DNA from: an uncultured Nitrospirales bacterium
GTDB lineage: Bacteria; Hydrogenedentota; Hydrogenedentia; Hydrogenedentales; Hydrogenedentaceae
Reading direction: 5' to 3'
Assembly: GCA_964549105.1 (NCBI GenBank)
Contig: CAZJTZ010000012.1
Coordinates: forward strand, 29,850 to 93,849
Length of the DNA stretch: 64,000 nucleotides
The translations under genes were made by a program, and so were the position numbers. Shown piece by piece: positions 19,666-27,853 of this stretch; within the stretch, counting starts at the first letter, position 1, and each line of letters begins with the position of its first letter. Under the pieces are notes generated by a model. The model was not told where the DNA came from. It did no database searches and saw nothing but the letters and a program-made list of their open reading frames with translations.

Positions 19666-21069
19666 TTACGACATTAACATATTCACATAATTTTTAATCT
19701 TACATTCCAATTCATCCCATTCTGATTCTGGCTGTGAGCCTTGAACAATCCCCACACCTGAGTATAAAGAAATATGGTTCTTCTCCACCAATGCAGAACG
19801 AATGCCTACACAAAATTCAGCAGAACTGTAAGAAACCCAGCCCACGGGACCGGAATAGATTCCACGGTCTAATGGTTCTTCTCGCTTTATCCATTCCAAA
19901 GCCGAACCCCGCGGATAGCCTCCTACGGCAGGAGTTGGATGAAGATGTTCTAATATTTCGTCATCATCTACATCAGGACGGAGAATCCCTTTGAAGTGTG
20001 TATACAAATGATGGACAGTAGATAGAGTAACGACTCGGGGCTGCTCATCATTTTCATAAGTAGAACACAGACGCTCCATGTCTGCTTTCAACATGTTTAC
20101 AACAATCTCATGTTCAACCCGTTCTTTCTTATTCTGGAATAACATCGCTTTCAATTGTTCATCTTCGCTCGGGTCTTTACCTCGCAAAATGGTCCCCGCC
20201 AATGCTTCTGTTTCTATATAAGTGCTCAAACGCCGATAAAGCCGCTCAGGAGACATACCTATAAAGCCCCGCTCAGAGGAAGGGTTAAAACAAAAACGAT
20301 AGCAGCGGGCACTTTGTTCTGCCATTTTTCGAAGTAGAGAAACAGGGTCTATATCCTGAGTAGACTCAAAGGTAGTTTCTCTTGCTAAAACTACCTTTTC
20401 AAAGGAACCTGCATTAATTGCGGCTAATGTTCTCTGTATCAGGTCGGTCCATTCTGTTTTAGAAGGACAATCTATACGATGTTGAAAGATAATAGGTCCA
20501 TTTTTAGATTCTCCTTCATCTTCTGGCATTATCCACAAATTGAGACAATGTAAGACCGAAAGTAATTGTTCCAACTCCACCTCATACTTTCCACCCATAA
20601 TATTTGCAACAAGTTGTAGTGTTCCATCATTGCGTACCAATTCTATTCGTGGCACTATAAAACGATAGGCATAAAAGGATTTCCATCGCATACCTCGATT
20701 GTCCAATGGGAAAAACTTAAAGCCACCATAATAACGGACAGTAGGATAACTTGATGATAATTTTTTAAAAATATTTTGTAGAACCGGTGCATAAGAAAAA
20801 TCATAAACCTCCGTTTCTGCAACAACTATATCCGCTTCACCCCAGCCTGCCATCTCAAACGGTTCATCCCTTGAAGCCCAATAATACCGTTCTACACCAT
20901 GAATAGAATTCAATTCACTCAAAATATCATAAGGTATATCTACAGATACTCCGACTCTCCCCATAATCCCCTCAGGTATATGACGAGAACGAATAGCCTC
21001 TACTATTTGCTCAACAAGAGCACAAGAGGCTTTCCATTTAGATAGCCCTATTTCCGGATTTTTAGACAC
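19666..21069 (-). CDS. menF: Isochorismate synthase (MenF/EntC family)
   Basis: Chorismate-binding C-terminal motifs (GMSPERL, HPTPAVGGYP, GIYSGPVGW, CVGIRSAL). Located immediately upstream of menD on the same strand. Confidence 0.8.
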   Translation of the reverse strand: MSKNPEIGLSKWKASCALVEQIVEAIRSRHIPEGIMGRVGVSVDIPYDILSELNSIHGVERYYWASRDEPFEMAGWGEADIVVAETEVYDFSYAPVLQNIFKKLSSSYPTVRYYGGFKFFPLDNRGMRWKSFYAYRFIVPRIELVRNDGTLQLVANIMGGKYEVELEQLLSVLHCLNLWIMPEDEGESKNGPIIFQHRIDCPSKTEWTDLIQRTLAAINAGSFEKVVLARETTFESTQDIDPVSLLRKMAEQSARCYRFCFNPSSERGFIGMSPERLYRRLSTYIETEALAGTILRGKDPSEDEQLKAMLFQNKKERVEHEIVVNMLKADMERLCSTYENDEQPRVVTLSTVHHLYTHFKGILRPDVDDDEILEHLHPTPAVGGYPRGSALEWIKREEPLDRGIYSGPVGWVSYSSAEFCVGIRSALVEKNHISLYSGVGIVQGSQPESEWDELECKIKNYVNMLMS

Positions 21070-21120
21070 AGGTATCTCTTAATAAAAACGGTTTATGATA
21101 ATCTCAAAGATTATAACTAA

Positions 21121-21142
21121 AAACTACGCCTGTCCGATAAAC
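21121..21142. repeat. Copy 1 of a ~22-bp direct repeat TACGCCTGTCCGATAAACGATT
   Basis: Seen in the sequence. The second copy, TACTCCTATCCGATAAACGATT, is at 23853-23874. The two differ at 2 of 22 positions and share a 13-nt exact core, CCGATAAACGATT. Confidence 0.4.
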
Positions 21143-21449
21143 GATTTTTTTTAACAGACAGTAGCAACTATGAATAATATTACCTGGCAAGGAATACTAT
21201 AACATATCAACAGAATTTAAAGTCACTCATTTCAACTTGCTCATACTATCTCTATCTTATAGGAAAATCGTAGAATTATTAATATACAGGTATTTGTTTG
21301 GATGCTATAAACTTATTGTAAAGTTAAAAACATAGAATTAGTATTTGAAATATTATATTTATAATCTTAAATAAAATAATTTTTTAGAGATTTTAAAGAA
21401 TTAAAGATTAAGGATTTTTTCTGTAAAAAAGATATCAAAGGGTTCAAAT

Positions 21450-22775
21450 ATGATGAAATTAAGATTTATTTGTGGAAGTATATGTGCGTTCGTTTTTCTC
21501 ATTACTACTGTTGGATATAGTGAATGTAATTACGATTATAAATCAGCGGTTATTCAAGAAATGATAGACCTCATAAAAATGAGGTTAAATATTTTATCTT
21601 TGAAATGCAAATATACCGCATTTCTATTTAAAACAAAAGAAACAGGTGAAGATGAAATTTGGGATATGGTTGACCTTGATTTTGCTTATCAAGAAGGTAA
21701 TTGCGTGCGTTCTGTAATAGTAAATAGAAATTCCTATAAAATAGATACTTCTCATAATTTATTAGAACTATTTGCTAGAAAATTTAGTCCGGGTAGTGGT
21801 GGAGAGTCGGGACCAAGTATGGAGTATTACTATTATTATAATGGGAGGTTTTATTATCGCGACTCTTCCGAACTATCAGATGATAAAGATATTGTTCGCA
21901 TAGGAAATAGACATTATTTAGATGGATTTGGGCCTCGTCCAGACCCTCGTTGGGTAATGGGATATTTTGGTACATGTTTAAGTTCAAATAATGGTGAAGG
22001 TCCTTTTCGTAAAATATCTGAATTTTTGGATTATCCCGGACCTTATGATTATTCCGAGAAAGATGGATATCGTATTTTATGGCACAGTGCCACTTATCAT
22101 GACCTTCCTATCGAAATAGAAGGGACAGATACTGAGGATGTTGACCTTGAGATATGGGTAGATTCAAAAGGTTATATTGTTAGACTTCAGGAAGGAGCAT
22201 TCTGGACCCGAAGATATGGGTATGATTATGTAAAGAAAGTTCTTGGAGAAGGTTATGAGATAAGTTGTGAGTTCCCAGTATCTATTCGAAAGGTATACGA
22301 GTTTTATAATATTCAAGAATTTGATAATGGGGCTCAGTTACCTCTTAAAGGAGTTTTTTACCGGTATTATAACAATGACCCTTCGCGTTCCAGAGACATT
22401 TATAAGGAATATAGAGAAGGGAAAATCAATGAAATTGAAGCAGATATTAAATTGGGTTCTTGCCCACTGTTAAGGAGGAAGGGACATGAGGAGTTGATTA
22501 TCCAACCAGAAGGACTTTCAGCAAATGAGCCAATTCCAGAGGAGACCTTTGTCCCACCCAAATTATCGTTAGAACGCTATTTTAAGACAGATGAAGAAAT
22601 GAGGGAATATTATGATAATAAAAGAAACGCTGAGATAGAAAAAATGAGAGGAACAAGTCAAAAAGAGGGTCTAAACATTCCGCCACGAGCCATAGTTTTT
22701 GCTGGCGTTGGGGTATTAATAGTGTTAGTATTGATGTATCTAACGCATCGCTATTTGGGCTGGAGTTTTTTCTGA
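21450..22775 (+). CDS. Hypothetical exported type-I membrane protein (441 aa), Tyr-rich
   Basis: Signal peptide (MMKLRFICGSICAFVFLITTVGYS), a YYYYYNGRFYY region, and a C-terminal transmembrane anchor (AIVFAGVGVLIVLVLMYL). Confidence 0.55.
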   Translation: MMKLRFICGSICAFVFLITTVGYSECNYDYKSAVIQEMIDLIKMRLNILSLKCKYTAFLFKTKETGEDEIWDMVDLDFAYQEGNCVRSVIVNRNSYKIDTSHNLLELFARKFSPGSGGESGPSMEYYYYYNGRFYYRDSSELSDDKDIVRIGNRHYLDGFGPRPDPRWVMGYFGTCLSSNNGEGPFRKISEFLDYPGPYDYSEKDGYRILWHSATYHDLPIEIEGTDTEDVDLEIWVDSKGYIVRLQEGAFWTRRYGYDYVKKVLGEGYEISCEFPVSIRKVYEFYNIQEFDNGAQLPLKGVFYRYYNNDPSRSRDIYKEYREGKINEIEADIKLGSCPLLRRKGHEELIIQPEGLSANEPIPEETFVPPKLSLERYFKTDEEMREYYDNKRNAEIEKMRGTSQKEGLNIPPRAIVFAGVGVLIVLVLMYLTHRYLGWSFF

Positions 22776-22934
22776 TAATAGATGGTGAAAGATATCAGAG
22801 ATTTAGTAGAATTTACTAATCAAGGAGATGGGAGTTTTGGTATGTGTCCAAAAATAATTGTTCAAGGATTAATATTAAAAGGGTTATATATTGTCTTCGA
22901 GTGTTTTTGATATTTAATAGGGAGTTATACAAAG

Positions 22935-23777
22935 ATGTTTCCATCTATTTATGTTCTCGGTTTTGATATAAGTTTGTATAACATTTTTAACTTTCTGGCG
23001 GTAATGATGGTGATGGTGTTGGGTTTGAGGTGGAATTATCGGTATGGGCAAAGGTATCCAATAGGGATAGGGATTTTATTACTTGTAGCCCCTTTTGCAT
23101 TTGTTTTGGGTCGTGTATTTTTTTATCTGTTTATGTCATGTCCAGGCTCAAAGGTGCATTTTTTTGATTTGCAGTGAGGTGGTAGTATGTTTCTGGGTGC
23201 TTTTTTAGGTGGTATTTTTGGTGCATTGATTTATCTGGAATTGAAGAAGGTTCCACGAATAGAAGGGTTAGAGGTATTTATTCCATATATACCGGTTGGA
23301 GGTGTATTGGGTCGGACGGGTTGTTTTTGTCAGGGATGTTGCCATGGAACGGTGACACAATCTATATTTGGACTACGGTTTCCCAAGGGAAGTGTTGCAT
23401 GGGGACAGCATATAAGCAAAAGCTTAATTTCATCAGACCAATTTTTCTCTTTGCCAGTGCATCCGACGCAGTTGTATGAGATAGGTATCTGGATAGTGAT
23501 AGGGGTTATTCTTTTGTATATCCGTAATCGTCAGCCCCGTAAGGGGGTGATAACATGTTCTTTTTTGGGGTTATATTTTTTGAATCGTTTTGTGCAGGAT
23601 TTTGTTCGAGCGGATTATGGGAAGGGTTTATGGGGTCTGGATATGATGCAATGGCTTGCGATAGGCATCATTCCATTGAGCGGATTAGCGATATTATTCC
23701 TTTATCGAGACAAATGGATGGGAAGGCATTCCTTGTCTACTGCGTCATGCCATCCCGAACAAGGTGAAGGAAAATGA
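22935..23777 (+). pseudogene. lgt: Prolipoprotein diacylglyceryl transferase (lgt) interrupted by an in-frame TGA at 23175-23177. Either a split/pseudo gene or a read-through candidate
   Basis: ORFs 22935..23177 and 23187..23777 are in the same frame, separated only by TGA. The junction reads ...FFDLQ*GGSMFLGAFLGGIFG, which aligns with the conserved Lgt W-x-GG-[ML]-[SA]-F-HGG-L-IG block. The TGA falls at or next to the conserved Trp. Downstream are a GRTGCFCQGCCHG block (Lgt signature GRxGNFxNGE-like) and the highly conserved HPTQLYE. The combined length of 277 aa is Lgt-sized. Confidence 0.6.
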
Positions 23778-23852
23778 AAGGGTAAATAACCACCTACTAT
23801 AATAATTAGATGAAAACCTTTGAAAAATTGATTTAGTTGATGTTACTCCTAT

Positions 23853-23874
23853 CCGATAAACGATTAAAGGGAAA
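23853..23874. repeat. Copy 2 of the ~22-bp direct repeat TACTCCTATCCGATAAACGATT
   Basis: Seen in the sequence, 76 nt downstream of the lgt stop. It pairs with the copy at 21121-21142. Confidence 0.4.
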
Positions 23875-24241
23875 GATTTCTCGCTTCGCTCAAAATGACA
23901 AAAGGAAGGTCTAAATAACAGAGGGAAATTCCTCTCAGGGGTATTATAAAACTCTCCCTCTTTGCGGAAGGGGGAGTCCTTATAGGGGGTGTTTAGGGGA
24001 CATAACCCCTCCGTCGCTAATGCGACACCTTCCTTTTGCAAGGTGTGAGGATTTTTTATTATTTGTCTATGCTTACGATTATATGGAAGCACATTTTTAG
24101 ATGTCTCTTTACAAATTTAGTCAGACCGAAGTCTCTAATTGAAGGACTGGCATATTATTTAGTATTCTAACACTCTAATAACGGAATGAAGTTAAGTTTC
24201 TGGCACGCTTGAAATTTTTTTACAAAAAGGCGAGATAATAA

Positions 24242-27200
24242 ATGAAACGAATAATATCCATTTTACTAAAAATAGGGGTTACGGTAGGGCTTTTTGTCCT
24301 TTTGTTCTGGCCTGAAATCTTTGGTTTGCCACCTGATACTTTTGGTGGGGTTAAACCTATGGCACTCTTAAACGAGATTCGTTCTCTAAACCCGTTGCAT
24401 GCTATCCCCTGGATATTGTTTGCATTGTTTATCCGATTGGGGGGTATTATGTGCGGTGTAATTCGCTGGAAAATTCTGCTGAATGGACAAAAGTTATACA
24501 TGCCCTTTGGTTATATGACCCAGAGTTGGTTTATCGGAAGGACAATTGGTATTTTCCTGCCCAGCACGATTGGACTGGATGGCTATCGTTTATATGATTC
24601 TGTCCTTTACACGCGAGATGTGGTTCGTCCCACAACCGTTATATTCATTGAAAAAATTATTGGTTTTATATCGCTAACGACGCTGGTTTTTCTGACCTTT
24701 CCTCTTGGGTTTCGCTTATTAAAATTTAATACACTAATTCTTTTGATTATTCTGTTTATTTTGGGAATGGCTGTGCTTTTCTTTTTATCCTTATTACTTC
24801 AGCCTTATATTATTCAACTTATCTTATATTCTATTCCTACCCCGAATAAGGTTAAGAAAATTTTGAATCAATTAGGAGATGCGGCTACTGCTTATGCTGG
24901 ACACCGTAAATATCTTCTCCTTGCTATCATACTTGGAATCTGTGTTCATCTGAGTGCCTGTCTTATGTATTTTGGAACAATGATGGCATTACGCTCCGAG
25001 AATACCAGCATCTGGGACATTCTATTTGCAAGCCCACTTATGATTTATGGAACGGTTTTGGGTCCTTCGGTGGGTGGGGAGGGAATCCGTGAAGTCGTAT
25101 TTGCAACATTATTAGGAGGGAAGGAGAATGCCCTTAAAGTAGTAGCGTTTGCTCATTTAGGCTGGTGGGTTGGAGATGTTGTTCCTTTCCTGATAGGACT
25201 ACCCTTCTTTGTGTTACGCAAACGTCCACATAAGGAAGAGATTCAAAAACAAATACAGAATATTCGTTCTCAGCAACCTTCTACAAAGGATACAATGGAT
25301 GAACTGCATATAAACCAGACAGAATTATTGTCGTTGCGTAATCAAATTTTAATTAATTTACTATTTGCTACTATTGGTGGAATAACGGCGGGAGCAATCT
25401 GCGGATTGTCTGAGGCATTATGGATACTTTACAAGATTCCGAATCTATACGAATTTCAAATGTTATGGTGGGGACCTATAACCTATGGCATTCTTTCCGC
25501 AGGTATGGGAATTTGCATAGGCATATTTGCAGCCACCTGGCTCCCTCTTCTGTTTCGTAAACTCCCTTCTGCACTCCTCTCGTATGTTGTTTCATTTGCT
25601 TTAACAATACTTTCTGTTGGGTTGATACTGGTAATTTGGAGATATAGAAGAGATGTTCTATTGCAAAAACCGTCATCTTATTTCGCATATTTACCTATAA
25701 GTTTTTACTATATAGGTTTTGTTTCTATTGCTTCAGTCATATTATACATTTTCCTATTTTATTTAAATAAAGTTTCAAAACATTTAACTATAGGCATAAT
25801 TACTTTACTTTTATTAATCCCAGTAATTTTCGGTTTTGGTTACTCGTTTGCCCTAAACCCGCAAGGTGAAAAATCGTCTATTACTTCTCTACCAGAAGCA
25901 CAACCAGACTCACCCAATATTATCCTTATTATTGCAGACGCTTTACGCGCGGATTACCTGTCTGCATACAATCCAGACATCGAAACTAAAACCCCTGTTC
26001 TGGACAGGTTTGTTGAAAAATCTATCTTATTTGAAGATTGTAGTTCTCAAGCGTCCTGGACAAAACCATCATTTGCATCTATTTATACAGGTGTTATTCC
26101 ATTACACCATCAAGCCAATGGCAAAAATGCCGTTATTAATCCTAATCTGACCACAGTTGCAGAAGTCCTCGCAAATCATGGATACATGACCAGAGGTTTT
26201 GGGAACAATCCTAATGTCCATTCCTTATTTGGATTTGGTAGAGGATTTTTAGAATATACTGATTTACAGAGCGATTATGTGTTGTTTGCAAAAGAATCCA
26301 GTTCTAAATTGACGGCTTATGAAATTTTACGCCGTGTTTATGGAAAGTTTTCATCAATTATTTTAAAAATATTGCACAAACCCCCTAATATCAGGGAATA
26401 CTATCAGCCCGCAGAAGTAGTAACATCGGAAGCGATGAAATGGATTGATAATCGTCCAGAGGTAAAGTATCCCTTCTTTTTAGCCCTTCACTATATGGAC
26501 ACACATGACCCTTATTTAAATTTGAATGATAATACATTTTTTGCACGAGCCTTGCTTGGGAATAGACCCCAAAGCCCATTAACTCCGCCCATGCGGAAAG
26601 CCTATATCAGCGAGATTGAGTATTTAGATAAGTATCTTGGAATATTGTTTGATGAACTTGAAAAACAGGGGCTGAACAAAAATACCTATATAATTTTTAC
26701 TTCTGACCATGGAGAAGAATTTGAGGACCATAACGGATGGTGGCATGGGTTTACGCTATACCAGGAGATGCTTCATGTGCCTTTGATTGTCAAGGTTCCA
26801 GATTCAAAAGCCAACCCAGAAAATATGAACAAAAAAGTAGACTTTTTGGTAAGACTTATTGATTTATCGGCTACGATACCTAAAATTGCGGGGATTCAGC
26901 CTCCTGAAACTTTTGAAGGGACTCCGTTGCTATCGGAAGAGGGGAAAGTTATCAGTCCAGAAAGCAATATCTACGCATGGGCAGAAAATGACGCAGAAGG
27001 ACAGATTATGCAATCTATAAGGAATAAGACGCACAAACTTATCCTTGCCAATCCTGATAATCCGCGTAGATTAGAGCCTGAAGAACTTTATGATTTGTCA
27101 AAAGACGCAAAGGAGAAGAATAATCTGTCTAATAGCCCTGATTTTTCTTCTATAAAACAGAATTTACATCAAAAGATGAACGAGTTAAAAGGGAATAACA

Positions 27201-27289
27201 AAGGCGAGGAAAGCAAAAAATCTTCTGAACAGGTTCCACTCCCACCTGAATTGATAGAACAGTTAAAAGCCACAGGGTATATGCAGTAA
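24242..27289 (+). CDS. Polytopic membrane protein with a flippase-like (LPG-synthase-TM/UPF0104-like) N-terminal domain fused to a C-terminal sulfatase/alkaline-phosphatase-superfamily domain
   Basis: About 14 predicted hydrophobic helices across the first ~520 aa. The C-terminal IILIIADALRADYL, TSDHGEEFEDHNGWWHG and HVPLIV motifs are typical of sulfatase, phosphoglycerol/ethanolamine transferase or LtaS-type catalytic domains. Confidence 0.6.
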   Translation: MKRIISILLKIGVTVGLFVLLFWPEIFGLPPDTFGGVKPMALLNEIRSLNPLHAIPWILFALFIRLGGIMCGVIRWKILLNGQKLYMPFGYMTQSWFIGRTIGIFLPSTIGLDGYRLYDSVLYTRDVVRPTTVIFIEKIIGFISLTTLVFLTFPLGFRLLKFNTLILLIILFILGMAVLFFLSLLLQPYIIQLILYSIPTPNKVKKILNQLGDAATAYAGHRKYLLLAIILGICVHLSACLMYFGTMMALRSENTSIWDILFASPLMIYGTVLGPSVGGEGIREVVFATLLGGKENALKVVAFAHLGWWVGDVVPFLIGLPFFVLRKRPHKEEIQKQIQNIRSQQPSTKDTMDELHINQTELLSLRNQILINLLFATIGGITAGAICGLSEALWILYKIPNLYEFQMLWWGPITYGILSAGMGICIGIFAATWLPLLFRKLPSALLSYVVSFALTILSVGLILVIWRYRRDVLLQKPSSYFAYLPISFYYIGFVSIASVILYIFLFYLNKVSKHLTIGIITLLLLIPVIFGFGYSFALNPQGEKSSITSLPEAQPDSPNIILIIADALRADYLSAYNPDIETKTPVLDRFVEKSILFEDCSSQASWTKPSFASIYTGVIPLHHQANGKNAVINPNLTTVAEVLANHGYMTRGFGNNPNVHSLFGFGRGFLEYTDLQSDYVLFAKESSSKLTAYEILRRVYGKFSSIILKILHKPPNIREYYQPAEVVTSEAMKWIDNRPEVKYPFFLALHYMDTHDPYLNLNDNTFFARALLGNRPQSPLTPPMRKAYISEIEYLDKYLGILFDELEKQGLNKNTYIIFTSDHGEEFEDHNGWWHGFTLYQEMLHVPLIVKVPDSKANPENMNKKVDFLVRLIDLSATIPKIAGIQPPETFEGTPLLSEEGKVISPESNIYAWAENDAEGQIMQSIRNKTHKLILANPDNPRRLEPEELYDLSKDAKEKNNLSNSPDFSSIKQNLHQKMNELKGNNKGEESKKSSEQVPLPPELIEQLKATGYMQ

Positions 27290-27522
27290 CACCACAAGTG
27301 TAATTAAAACTGACTACATAGTTCTTCTTACTTTTACCAACTGATACAGTAGTTTATATTTTAATTTTATCGTCTTATCTTAATATAAATATCAGAAGCA
27401 GAAGAAGCACTCGGCGAAAGACAACTGCACCTATTATGAGCAAGGTTATTATGAAAAGAATCCACTTTTCTTTTTTTGACAGTCTTGGTTTCATTTCGTT
27501 AACCAATATAATATAAGTGGTT

Positions 27523-27744
27523 TCAAGGCTTTATTATGGCATGTTTGCACTTGCTTCGGATTTCCTCAGGACATTGTCCAGAGTATTGGCAACAGTTTTC
27601 ATTGGTCTCCCCTGCAAGTGTGCATGATTTGGTGCTCCGTTCTCCTAACTGATTTCGGGCTAAAAGATGGACAACACCCCATACCAACCCCAATGCAGAC
27701 GCAAACAAAATGGCAAAAGTAAATGTATATAAAATGGTCAACAT
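27523..27744 (-). CDS. Small hydrophobic protein (73 aa), possible last gene of the giant-lipoprotein operon
   Basis: The ORF has a transmembrane-like N-terminus (ILYTFTFAILFASALGLVWGVV) and a Cys-rich tail. AAGGA lies about 9 nt upstream. Weak evidence. Confidence 0.3.
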   Translation of the reverse strand: MLTILYTFTFAILFASALGLVWGVVHLLARNQLGERSTKSCTLAGETNENCCQYSGQCPEEIRSKCKHAIIKP

Positions 27745-27853
27745 AGTTTTATCACATCCTTACATAAATAACATAAAGGAAATGAACCAAATTCCCAAGA
27801 AGAGAATAGCCTGTATAAATTATATCAAATAGTGGGTATAATTCTACTTATTG

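Noticed and set aside
23745-24092. 115-aa minus-strand ORF in the lgt-downstream intergenic region
   Set aside because: It overlaps the lgt 3' end and sits in the GC-rich stem-rich island. It has no RBS and no recognisable motif. The region is reported as a candidate structured RNA instead.
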